Shown here: positions 19,367 through 28,595 of the stretch, one piece after another
Numbering within the stretch: position 1 is the first letter of the stretch
Layout of the letters: each line of letters begins with the position of its first letter
From: Thermoproteota archaeon
GTDB lineage: Archaea; Thermoproteota; EX4484-205; JAAOZP01
NCBI GenBank assembly: GCA_049700215.1
Contig: JBNAVT010000001.1
Span: 61,016-125,015, forward strand
Length of the DNA: 64,000 nucleotides
Reading direction: 5' to 3'
Notes under the pieces: model-generated
The model's database searches: none
Told to the model about the DNA's origin: nothing
What the model saw: only the letters and a program-made list of their open reading frames with translations
Position numbers and translations under genes: made by a program

Positions 19367-20064
19367 GTAAAATCACTGTTTGGGGATGGGGTGATAAATA
19401 TGAGGCTGCCAGAGTCAATAGTGAAGCATGCGTTGAGAAGTTTTGGAGAGAAGCAACTAAAGAGTGTCGAATAGCTTTAGTGGGTAAAGATCGGCGTGAG
19501 GGCATGATTTTTGGAATTGATGTTTACACGGATGATCCGAAGAGTGTCGGATTTTTAGTGGAAAGACTACTAAACCTAGTCCTTACAAGAAAAAATAAGG
19601 TTTACGAAATTACAATAGAATTTCTTACGGAGGAAGTCTCTTATAAGGGACACTTGAAAACACTTGAGGAGATAGAGAAACAGTACGAAACCCTGGCAAG
19701 TATATGTATCGAGAAAGTTAAAGACGATCCGCGGGTGAAACCATTAACCGGCGGAAGGAGAATACTGGTCTTCCCGGATATGAGCTTATTTATCGAGCTT
19801 GAACCCGGGTACGGATTAAGGATGAAGGTGGGAGTCTTCCACTTCAATTTCGATGAGATGCTTAAATTCATCCAATTACTATCAGAGGATTTGATTAAAA
19901 GTAAACTGGCTAAGCGTATTTTAGGTTATGGACTTTCGTTGGACATAGATAGGCTCGAGATTTCTGATGTTGATGTTACTGATGATGAGGTTCTGGTGGA
20001 TCTTGCAGTGTCCGAGTCCGAAAATCTAACACTCATTAGTTTTGATTACCATTATTATGATTAA
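19363..20064 (+). CDS. Hypothetical protein, translationally coupled to the LAGLIDADG gene
   Basis: 233-aa ORF with ATGA overlap; no recognised motif. Confidence 0.7.
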   Translation: MSKITVWGWGDKYEAARVNSEACVEKFWREATKECRIALVGKDRREGMIFGIDVYTDDPKSVGFLVERLLNLVLTRKNKVYEITIEFLTEEVSYKGHLKTLEEIEKQYETLASICIEKVKDDPRVKPLTGGRRILVFPDMSLFIELEPGYGLRMKVGVFHFNFDEMLKFIQLLSEDLIKSKLAKRILGYGLSLDIDRLEISDVDVTDDEVLVDLAVSESENLTLISFDYHYYD

Positions 20065-20242
20065 AAGAGTTATGTACATTCTATAGATAAGGTCAAATAA
20101 GTACTATATTTTCACTTTAATCGGTATTGTCACACTCATCTCCGAAAGCAATGCCATTGTCCCTACCTGCCTCAACATAATCCATGTAAATAATGTTCAC
20201 ATCCCTGTCCATATGGTGCGCATGACCCTTATTAGCGCGTGC

Positions 20243-20328
20243 TTTCCCACAGGGCTAGAGCTTTAAGAGCATTCGCCTCATGGTTTCTTAATGAGAAAAT
20301 CGCGCGCGCTATCCTTTTTCAACCGTAA
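20243..20328 (+). pseudogene. Displaced alternative 3' end of rdgB
   Basis: Reads SHRARALRAFASWFLNEK versus SHRARALRSFASWFLSRH in rdgB. Confidence 0.8.
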
Positions 20329-20755
20329 GCTTAGCGTGGGGCCCGTTGAGAATGATCTTCAACTTGTTGAGCATCTTCCTGCCGATTACAATATCCTCGA
20401 CGAGGTCTGGGGCAGACAGGGGTACAAAGATTTCGTTCAAACCCAAGTCGATTATACGGTTAGCTTCTTCAGATATTAGGAATACTGGGAGCTCGAAAAC
20501 TTCTCCCTTAATCAAGTGTCCAGGAGCCTCCATCTGCCTTGTGGAGACCGGCTTAAGGTTAAGGAGGAACTCTGCCAGTTCAAAGTTGGAGTATAAGGCC
20601 CCGTCGAAACCCGTGTCGACCAGACCCTCCACTATGGCGGCTTTACGTAAGTCATGCCTGACTATGAGAAGGCTCATCACAGGTATATCGGGTAGTTTAA
20701 AACCGTCAGACAGGACCCCGTCTTCATGATATTTGAAGCTTATCGATGTCGACAA
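20309..20755 (-). CDS. Clan AA (retropepsin-like) aspartic protease
   Basis: GLVDTGFDGAL and IVIGRKML motifs. Confidence 0.75.
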   Translation of the reverse strand: MSTSISFKYHEDGVLSDGFKLPDIPVMSLLIVRHDLRKAAIVEGLVDTGFDGALYSNFELAEFLLNLKPVSTRQMEAPGHLIKGEVFELPVFLISEEANRIIDLGLNEIFVPLSAPDLVEDIVIGRKMLNKLKIILNGPHAKLTVEKG

Positions 20756-21011
20756 TTCTGAACGACCCCGTCTTCACCCTCCCCATTCTAACCGATGGTC
20801 CCCTTGGGCTAACTCGTCCTCTAACTCTCCAGACGACCTTAGGATGAACATCCGGTTCCTCCTCATCCGGTTCCAATCCACGAAGATACTCCTCGACAGC
20901 TTTCCTCACAAGGGTTGAAACCTTCAGATCGTTTCCTCTCGCAGCCTCCAGTAAAGCCTTAGCTAGTTTCTCGTCAAGCGATACAGTGATACGTTTTGTC
21001 ATAAGATTCAT
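20724..21011 (-). CDS. CopG/ribbon-helix-helix protein
   Basis: KRITVSLDEKL...VSTLVRKAVEEYL. Confidence 0.8.
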   Translation of the reverse strand: MNLMTKRITVSLDEKLAKALLEAARGNDLKVSTLVRKAVEEYLRGLEPDEEEPDVHPKVVWRVRGRVSPRGPSVRMGRVKTGSFRIVDIDKLQIS

Positions 21012-21178
21012 ACTTTTATGATATAATTTAAACTTTTAACCTCCCATTAACACAGGCTTCTGTAGTTCTTCTGGCTATGCTTACTATAAGCAATAGCTTG
21101 TCTGCATACCTTGAGCTTAGGATTTGTTTCTAGAGAAGCTTAAATAGGGGGGTTGCAGGAGAAAGCTGGGCTTAAAGA

Positions 21179-21619
21179 TTGGCTAGGATGCATAGTCACA
21201 AGAAGGGTAAGTCGGGTTCGCGGAGAGTAGTGTATAGCGGGGCTCCGCCATGGTTATCATTGAAGCCCGAGGAGGTTGAGGAGCTTGTGGTCAAGCTGGC
21301 TTCAGAAGGATACGGGCCTTCTCAAATAGGGTTGATACTGAGAGACTCGTACGGTATCCCCTCCGTCAGGAACATAACGGGTAAGAAGATTGCGAGAATA
21401 CTTCTTGAGAGGGGGGTCAGGTTCTCCAGGACGGAGGACCTGGATGGGCTTGTGGCTAAGGCTGAGAGGATGGTTACTCACTTAACCAGGAACAGGTCTG
21501 ACCGTTTCAACGTTCACAATCTTCAACTGGTGGAGTCTAAGATTAGGAGGCTTGCCCGTTACTATTCTAGGAGGAAAGTGCCTCTTCCCGACCTGAAGGT
21601 TCTTGAAGCCAAGATATGA
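21179..21619 (+). CDS. rps15: 30S ribosomal protein S15 (S13e)
   Basis: MARMHSHKKGKSGS, IGLILRDSYGIP, ESKIRRLARYY. Confidence 0.97.
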   Translation: MARMHSHKKGKSGSRRVVYSGAPPWLSLKPEEVEELVVKLASEGYGPSQIGLILRDSYGIPSVRNITGKKIARILLERGVRFSRTEDLDGLVAKAERMVTHLTRNRSDRFNVHNLQLVESKIRRLARYYSRRKVPLPDLKVLEAKI

Positions 21620-23055
21620 GCAATGCGTCGGAGACTCAGACGAGGTTCATTTTTGAAGCGAGGGATTTCGCGAGCAGGCTGGGCTCCTTCAACTGGGATG
21701 ATGCTCTAATAGTTTTTCACGCTGATGCGGATGGGACTGCTGCTGCGGCAATAGCCTGTCTCGCCTTGAGAAGCATGGGCGTCTCCTTCTCAGCCAGATC
21801 CGTGACGCAGATAGATAGGGCTTTTCTGGAGAGCATCGCATTCACCCAGCGGCCGGTGCTTTTCCTAGATATTGGCGCAGGATACTTGAGTGAGATAACG
21901 AGTTTTCTAGAGCCTTCGAAGGTGGTGATACTCGACCATCATGAGGTTGAGGGTGATTCAAACAGCGTTCTAATGTTGAACCCTAATGAGCATGGTTTAA
22001 ACGGTGGCTCTGAAGTCTCGGGCTCAGGGGTTTCATACCTTGTTTTCAAAAACCTGGTTGAGGACTTCTCCAGGATGAATGAGCTCGCCATAGTCGGGGC
22101 GCTGGCTGACATGCAGGACGTGGGTGTCAACAGGTCGCTCGCAGGTTTAAACTCGACGATAGTGCTTGAAGGCGAGGAGATGAACATAGTTAGGGTTGAG
22201 GAGGACTTCGTGTTCTTCGGTAGGGAAACCCTGCCGATACATGTTTCAATCTCTTCTTCATCAAACTTTATAATACCTGGGCTGAGCGGAGACGAGAACG
22301 TTGCTCTAAACTTTTTGAGGAGCCTCGGCATAGAGGTTAAGACGGATGACAAGTGGAGGACTTTCAGCGACCTATCGCAGGCTGAGAGGTCCAGGCTTCT
22401 CACGGGGCTGATGCAGTATATTGCTGACCTAGGCTTCTCGCCGGAGAGTACTCAAAACCTGTTCGGCACGATTTACGTCTTCGAAAGAGAGCCGAGGGGC
22501 ACTGTTTTAAGAGATGGGAGGGAGTTCTCGGCCCTGCTGAACTCTTGCGCTAGAATGGGGCACTCCGCCGTAGGCCTGGCGGTTGCAATGGGTGAAAGAG
22601 GCAGAATGTTTGAGGAGGCTCAACGCGTGAGCCGGGAGTACAGGACAACCATCTCCAAGTCTCTCTCGAACCTTCTAAGCGTGCCTGGGGCAAGGGTTGA
22701 GTCTGAAAGAATACTGCTTTACAACGGTGAGGGAATAATAGATCAAAGAGTATTAAGCCCGGTTGCCTCAATAATATTCTCCAGTCTACCCAAGGATCTT
22801 GGCAAGATCCTGGTCGTAACTGCTTCAGAGGATGATTCGTTAAAGGTTTCAATAAGGGTTCCTAGGAGCCTTGTTGAAAAGGGTGTTAGGGGGAGCCTGC
22901 TGGCTTCGAATGCTGCTAGAGAAGCCGGAGGACTAGGAGGAGGGCACGATGTTGCAGCAGGTGCAACCGTTCCCAGGAGGCGGTTCCACTCCTTTATGGA
23001 GGCCTTCGAAAAGAATGTCGCAGAGCAGTTCGGCAGAATGCTTCGCGGTTCTTGA
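21616..23055 (+). CDS. RecJ-like DHH phosphoesterase
   Basis: HADADG, FLDIG, ILDHH, GALADMQD, GGGHDVAAG; conserved position after rps15. Confidence 0.9.
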   Translation: MSNASETQTRFIFEARDFASRLGSFNWDDALIVFHADADGTAAAAIACLALRSMGVSFSARSVTQIDRAFLESIAFTQRPVLFLDIGAGYLSEITSFLEPSKVVILDHHEVEGDSNSVLMLNPNEHGLNGGSEVSGSGVSYLVFKNLVEDFSRMNELAIVGALADMQDVGVNRSLAGLNSTIVLEGEEMNIVRVEEDFVFFGRETLPIHVSISSSSNFIIPGLSGDENVALNFLRSLGIEVKTDDKWRTFSDLSQAERSRLLTGLMQYIADLGFSPESTQNLFGTIYVFEREPRGTVLRDGREFSALLNSCARMGHSAVGLAVAMGERGRMFEEAQRVSREYRTTISKSLSNLLSVPGARVESERILLYNGEGIIDQRVLSPVASIIFSSLPKDLGKILVVTASEDDSLKVSIRVPRSLVEKGVRGSLLASNAAREAGGLGGGHDVAAGATVPRRRFHSFMEAFEKNVAEQFGRMLRGS

Positions 23056-23293
23056 AGCTGTTTTCAGAAGCGAGCTTGAAGCCAGGCTCGCATACTCAGC
23101 GTTGAAACCGGATGAGGCTTTGAAGGTTAAGGGGCTTAGGGCCTCGTCCAGTTTAAGAGGCCGGAGGATAATTCTTAAAGTGGCATGTAGAAGAGGATTG
23201 ATGTCCCTAGCCTACACGTTGCTTGAATACTTGAACCACCTTAAGATGATTCAGGAGGCTTCCTCAAGGCTTTCGGAGGCCAGGTATCCATGA
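23015..23293 (+). CDS. pcc1: KEOPS subunit Pcc1
   Basis: ARLAYSALKPD, small size, conserved position after recJ. Confidence 0.7.
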   Translation: MSQSSSAECFAVLEAVFRSELEARLAYSALKPDEALKVKGLRASSSLRGRRIILKVACRRGLMSLAYTLLEYLNHLKMIQEASSRLSEARYP

Positions 23294-24806
23294 TCACAGG
23301 CTTAAAGCTTGGCCACAGCCTCTTCACTTCAATAGGCCAGTCTTCAGCGTTGAAGCCGTGTCTAGCTAGGAAAGCGTAAACCCATCTTTCAAGACCGTTT
23401 CCCGAGCAGCCGGTCCAGACCTCCCTCCCTCTCCTCTCCTTAATGTTGAACCAGTCGACATACTTGTCGTAGTGGACTGACGCGTTAGCTATTTCAAGCC
23501 ACTCGCTTTCCCTGTCTCCCCTAAACGGGAGGTATGCTTCAATGTCGAAGGTTGCAGCCACGTTTCTCGAAACGTCCTCCACAACACCTGCGTGAGCCAT
23601 CCAGACGGGGGTTACTTCTGCAGACCTGACCTCCATGTCAAGCGTCTTGTCAAGCAGGCTCAGATAGTTCTCCACAAGCCTATCCCTGATCTCGACAACC
23701 TCCTCAGGCCTGCCTAGATAGACTATTTCTATCCTTGTGAAAGCCGTAAGCCTCTCCAGGCTTCTCAAGCCGCCGGCCTCATGTCTGAAGCTGAACCCGG
23801 ACCTGTCGTAGAGCCTGACAGGAGGATTGTCAAGGTTCACTATCTCCCCGGCGAAAAGCTCGTAGAAAGGCTCGCACTGCGCGTATGGAAGGGTGAACGT
23901 GGGCTCCTTCAAAAACTTTTTCAAAACCTCGGGCCTAGGCTCGTTGAAAACCTTCACCAGGTCAGTGTAGTCCTCGAAGTAGGACGGCTCCCTGGAGCCA
24001 GGCTCGCAGACGTAAAGCATTTCACTAGGTATCCCGGAGAGGTGGCCCTTCTTCCTTGCGACTTCAAGCGGTATAAGCTTAGGCAGAACAACCTCTTGAA
24101 AGCCCAGTGGCTTGGCAACCTTCTCAACTATCATTTCCTCAAGTATTCTTAGAAGGCTGGTGTAGGGTTGAAGGTAATACCATATGCCGGTGTGGAATCT
24201 TTTAACCCAGCCCTCTTCCTCGAGCAGCGGCCCAGGGTCTCCTGCGTACTTAACAGGCTTCTCAGGGCTCCTCCAGACAACCCTGTGAATCTCTCTGGCG
24301 GCTGCACGGGCCCCCTGCTTCTCCAGAAAGAGGCTTATGATCCTGTCGGGAACCTGAGCATATAGGCTGGACTCGTCGACCTCAAGCCAGTATTTCAAAC
24401 CATCCTCAACCTTCTCAACCTTTTTAGCGAACGGGAGCCTCGTCTCCCTCAAGCCTTCCCCTACGAATGTTACTTCGAAAGACTTGACGCTTATCCCCCT
24501 GACGCCAAGTCCCATTTCGGGCCCAAGCTCCTCGCTCAACACCCTCCTAGCCCTTTTAACAGCCTCGTGCGCCCTAACCCTTCTCCCAGACTCCACCGTG
24601 ATGCTTAGCCTATCCCTAGTGACGGTCAGCTCAACTATCTTCGGCTCCTCGCCTTTCACCGCGCCCCGTGAGAACACTCCGGGGAGGTTTGAAACAGCAT
24701 ACTCCGCAACCTTTTCAACCTCGTCCCCGCGCAGCTCCCGGCTTAAGTAAAGGTCTGCTGAGACCCTCAGCCTTAAGTCTCTAACCGCCGTCTGCTTCCC
24801 CTCCAA
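23241..24806 (-). CDS. serS: Serine-tRNA ligase, methanogen (type 2) form
   Basis: SGRRVRAHEA N-domain, YAQCEPFY, FRHEAGG...ER...F.RIE, EWLEI, WTGCSG.GLERW. Confidence 0.88.
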   Translation of the reverse strand: MEGKQTAVRDLRLRVSADLYLSRELRGDEVEKVAEYAVSNLPGVFSRGAVKGEEPKIVELTVTRDRLSITVESGRRVRAHEAVKRARRVLSEELGPEMGLGVRGISVKSFEVTFVGEGLRETRLPFAKKVEKVEDGLKYWLEVDESSLYAQVPDRIISLFLEKQGARAAAREIHRVVWRSPEKPVKYAGDPGPLLEEEGWVKRFHTGIWYYLQPYTSLLRILEEMIVEKVAKPLGFQEVVLPKLIPLEVARKKGHLSGIPSEMLYVCEPGSREPSYFEDYTDLVKVFNEPRPEVLKKFLKEPTFTLPYAQCEPFYELFAGEIVNLDNPPVRLYDRSGFSFRHEAGGLRSLERLTAFTRIEIVYLGRPEEVVEIRDRLVENYLSLLDKTLDMEVRSAEVTPVWMAHAGVVEDVSRNVAATFDIEAYLPFRGDRESEWLEIANASVHYDKYVDWFNIKERRGREVWTGCSGNGLERWVYAFLARHGFNAEDWPIEVKRLWPSFKPVIMDTWPPKALRKPPESS

Positions 24807-24929
24807 CGTTGCGACAACAATTCCTGCTTGAAAACAGGCTTTTATAAGTTATGATGCTGGCAAAGGCTGGGATGCAAGGGCTTCTTAAAGAGCATAGTTT
24901 AAATACGCTGTCTGCAAACCTCTTCCAGA

Positions 24930-25532
24930 TTGGTGAAGCAGAAAAAGGCTAAAAAATGGTTTCCAGTAGTTGCCCCAGATTACCTCGGGGGAAAACTAGT
25001 CGGCAGTGTGCTGGCCTCGGAGCCAAGTGACCTTATAGGCCGGACTATAAGCGTTCTCTTAAGCGAGCTGACGGACGATCCTTCTCACACAACCGTTAAA
25101 ATAAGGTTCAAAATAACGGGTGTGAAGGGGGAGACTGCCTTCACAGAACTGTGGGGCTACGAGCTTGACAGGGATTTTGTGAGGAGTCTTCTTAGAAAAG
25201 GCTCCTCGAGGGTTGACATTATTTTCAACGCTGCCACGAAGGACGGCTACCAGATGCGTGTTTCAGCAATCGCCGTGACCCGTTACAGTGCTTCGCAATC
25301 CCAGAAGAAGAAGATGAGGAAGGCGATGATGAACATAGTGTTAGGAAAATGCGGCAAGCTGAATTACTCCCAGCTTGTTCAGGAGCTTGTCTTCGGGAAG
25401 ATTGAGTCGGATCTCTATAATGAGACTAAGAAGTTTCACAGGATAAAGCTGGCAGGCATTAAGAAGCTGAAGGTCCTTCAGTCTCCTATTAGGCTCGAGG
25501 AGGTTAGGGCGAGCCTAGCCGAGGCTGCTTAA
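24930..25532 (+). CDS. rps3ae: 30S ribosomal protein S3Ae
   Basis: KKWFPVVAP, LIGRT, RDFVRSLLRKGSSRVD, TKDGY. Confidence 0.95.
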   Translation: MVKQKKAKKWFPVVAPDYLGGKLVGSVLASEPSDLIGRTISVLLSELTDDPSHTTVKIRFKITGVKGETAFTELWGYELDRDFVRSLLRKGSSRVDIIFNAATKDGYQMRVSAIAVTRYSASQSQKKKMRKAMMNIVLGKCGKLNYSQLVQELVFGKIESDLYNETKKFHRIKLAGIKKLKVLQSPIRLEEVRASLAEAA

Positions 25533-25533
25533 A

Positions 25534-25818
25534 ATGTCAACCAGCCTCAGCGAGGAGGAGCTGATGAAGATAGCTGTTGAAGGGTACTCTGAGAGCCTTG
25601 AGCCCAAGACTCTTAGAGGGTATGTTCCAAACGTTTTCGACTATATTAGGAGGTGCGACAGTGTCGAGGAGGCTTTCCAGATAATCGACTTCCTCGTCTC
25701 CCGGAACGAGCTTTCTGAGAATGTTGCCCGAGTCATAAAAAGGAGGATAATGGAGAAAGGGGTAAGGTTCTACGGTCCGAAGAAGCAGGTTGGCTACTAT
25801 GTTGAAAAATACAGGTGA
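25534..25818 (+). CDS. DUF2095-like protein
   Basis: GYVPNVFDYIRRC...EEA..IIDFL...GVRFYGPKK..GYY. Confidence 0.75.
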   Translation: MSTSLSEEELMKIAVEGYSESLEPKTLRGYVPNVFDYIRRCDSVEEAFQIIDFLVSRNELSENVARVIKRRIMEKGVRFYGPKKQVGYYVEKYR

Positions 25819-25849
25819 GTTTTAAAATTTTTAGTCTGGGTCAACTCTT

Positions 25850-27052
25850 CTATCTGCCTACGGCCACGATGCTCACCACATCATCATCCTTCAAAACGTA
25901 TTCCTCGCCCAGCCTAATCTTGCGCCTAGCGTCAATAGCGTAGAGAAAATTGTTCATAAGGTCGCTGTGTATAAGCCCGGCGAACTCTCTAACACTCATC
26001 CCCGTTGGAACAAGGTAAACGTCGGGCAGAACATTCCCCTTCTTGTCAGTAAGCTTGTTCGGATCCTCAACGGGGTAAACAGTTATCATTTTAAGAACCC
26101 TGAAATACACGGTGTTCAACAGTTCCTGGACGCCGGTGGAGCCCCAGGGCTTCAAAACCTTCTCCCTAACCATTTCAAGAGCCTCCCTCTGCTTCTCCCT
26201 GAGAGCCTCCGGCTTGACAATCCTGAAGTCACTGTCCCCCGGGAAATATTCTACAAGCCCTGCTTCAGCAGCCCTCCTGAGGACGAGCTCAGCCTCAGCG
26301 CTAATCGGAATAGGATCATAGCCTGCCTCCCTCATCCGCCTAACCCCCTCTTCAGCACCCTTCCTGTCAACCTTGTTCGCCGCTATAACCATCGGCTTAG
26401 CAATAATCCTAACCGTCCTAGCCAGCTCAATCATGTTCTCCCTGCTCCACTTCGAGAAATCGTCAGGCGGGTTAACTTTCTCAACAGCCTTCTCAACATC
26501 ACTCCTGCCTATCGCCAGCCCGCTTAAAACTTGGCTGAGAACATCCTCAACGCTCCTCCTGCTCGGCCTCGCCCTCGGAGCCTTCTGGAGGCCTCTTTCA
26601 ATAATCCCTGCTAGCCAACGGTCATACTCGTCCTCCAGAAACCCTATGTCCTTCAGAGTGTTCTCAGGATCAGGCTCAGCCGGCCTGCCCTCAGCATCCA
26701 GGCTGCCCGAAGCGTCGACCACATGGATCAAAGCATCCGCCATGCTTATCTCAGAGAGAAACTGGTTGCCGAGACCCCTGCCCTCGTGCGCACCGGGAAC
26801 AATACCCGGAAGGTCGACGAGCTCAACCGGGATAAACCTGAAGCCGTTGGCACACTTGGAGTTCACGGGATTATCAGTGACACCGAAGCTTCTGCAGACG
26901 CACTTCTTCCTCAAGTAGCCGACACCCTTGTTCGGAGTCAAAGTGGTGAAAGGATAATCAGCAATCTTAACAATGTTAAGTGTCAAGGCTGAGTATAAGG
27001 TCGACTTGCCAACACTGGGCTTACCAGTCAGGCCTACCAACCTCGTAACCAT
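25850..27052 (-). CDS. ychF: Obg-family YchF-like ATPase/GTPase with TGS domain
   Basis: GKPSVGKST, YPFTT, DLPG.VPGAHEGRGLGNQFL, ANKVD, IHSDL. Confidence 0.9.
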   Translation of the reverse strand: MVTRLVGLTGKPSVGKSTLYSALTLNIVKIADYPFTTLTPNKGVGYLRKKCVCRSFGVTDNPVNSKCANGFRFIPVELVDLPGIVPGAHEGRGLGNQFLSEISMADALIHVVDASGSLDAEGRPAEPDPENTLKDIGFLEDEYDRWLAGIIERGLQKAPRARPSRRSVEDVLSQVLSGLAIGRSDVEKAVEKVNPPDDFSKWSRENMIELARTVRIIAKPMVIAANKVDRKGAEEGVRRMREAGYDPIPISAEAELVLRRAAEAGLVEYFPGDSDFRIVKPEALREKQREALEMVREKVLKPWGSTGVQELLNTVYFRVLKMITVYPVEDPNKLTDKKGNVLPDVYLVPTGMSVREFAGLIHSDLMNNFLYAIDARRKIRLGEEYVLKDDDVVSIVAVGR

Positions 27053-27444
27053 TGTAGGTGGCTTTGCGCCACTAGGATTTAAACAATATTCTCGAGTATT
27101 CGATGCCTAATCCTGGTTTCATGCGCTTTATATGATGGCATGTTCCTTCTAACATGCACTCGAAATTCTTAGAAAACAGGAAGCTTTTTCTCCAGAACCG
27201 TTATGAATACCATGGATTGGTTGGGTGTCTTCAAATTTCTCTGGCTCCAGCTGTACGTCCTTCTCTCTTATTTTCCAGAGCCATAGGACTACTAAACCCG
27301 GCTGAGAATTTGACTATAAATTTCCTCCATGAAGGATTTCTGTAACATGGGTGCTTAAAAAGTTCCTGTTTCACGCTTAACTGGATGGGAATGTACTGTT
27401 ATTCGAAAAACTTATTTAAAACCTTAACTCCTATATTTCCAGCC

Positions 27445-28595
27445 ATGGTTAGACCCGTAGGGCTTGTTCTAACCCTAGCTTACTGTCAGCCCTCCTTCCG
27501 GGCTTTCTGAAGGCTTACGCCTCCCCATTCGAGCTTTCCCGTGACGATGGCAACGCTGAATACGGTTGGAGCGATTTCTATCCCTGTGCAGCGGCCGTCA
27601 GGTTTACTCCTCCGTCGGAAAGCTGGAGGATAACAGGGATAAGGATTCATGCAACATGCCTGCTAAGGGGCCCAGCCCCGGTCTTCTACGTTCAAATCTG
27701 GGACAGCGGGTTAAACACCAGATACTGGTCCGCTTTCCTCCTCGGCAAGGTCTTCAAGAACGCTACTCTAGACTGGTACACCATCCAGCTTCCAAACGTC
27801 GTCGTAACCGGAGCCTTCTACGTGGTCGTTGTTCCAATGTTCACCCTCGACGGCTCGCAGCTTTGGATAAGCGTCGACGACGATCCGCCTTTCTCGAACA
27901 ACAGCTTCATAGTTGACGCCGGCGAGCACACTATACTTGCTTCTCTAAACTCTACAAGTAAAAGACCGGGGGACTTCATGATCAGAGTCTTGGGAGAACC
28001 TACTCCAACTCCTCCCGAGCTGAGGCTCGCGTCAATCGAGTTTAACCAAGATGAAACCATCCTTACTTTCAACTACCCTGATGAAGCAGCAGGCTTAGAA
28101 GCAAGGCTCGTCAAGCCGGATGGAAGCTATACTGAGGAGAACATCACCATGGTCGGCGGGAAACTGGTTGTTAGGGTTAGGGATGAGGGCCTACTGAACG
28201 TTAACCTAGTAACCTCTGCATACGAGACTATTGGGGTGAGCGTGAGGCTTGAAGCAGGCTTGAGAAGCCTCTACCAGTCTCTCTTAGCCAACTATACTGT
28301 TTTAAGCCGTGTTGCTAGCGATATGACTGTTCAAATAGGTTTATTGACTAGGGAGAACGAGGACCTTAGGCTCAGGCTGAACCAAAGCCAAGCGTTGAAT
28401 AGGCTTCAGGAGGCGAGGATAGAGGAGCTTCTAGACAATGTTTCAACGCTCAGAGAAGGGTTGGAAAGCGTAAGGGCTGAGGCCTCGAGGCTTAGAGGCG
28501 AGAACACCCTCCTCAAAGCAGGACTGGTCTTTATGACAATGGTTTCATTCCTACTGGTTTTCCTCGAGGTGGGGAGAAGGTGGAGAAGAAGATAG
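27445..28595 (+). CDS. Exported, C-terminally membrane-anchored protein with coiled coil (frameshift at ~27480 in the signal peptide); toxin-locus partner
   Basis: ATG 27445 MVRPVGLVLTLA, then a shifted frame LLSALLPGFLKAYASPFELSRDDG... that is open into ORF 27822-28595; heptad coiled coil, TM helix and RRWRRR tail; overlaps next gene. Confidence 0.7.

Larger units (their letters stand above)
17303..20311. mobile_element. AT-rich island inserted in the 3' end of rdgB, flanked by a duplicated rdgB 3' end
   Basis: TTTCCCACAGGGCTAG identical at 17303-17318 and 20243-20258, with further similarity to TCATGGTTTCT; visibly lower GC between; no integrase seen. Confidence 0.7.

Noticed and set aside
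27054-27444. ORF 27154-27345 or a gene remnant
   Set aside because: No recognisable motif in the frames I read; cannot be supported.
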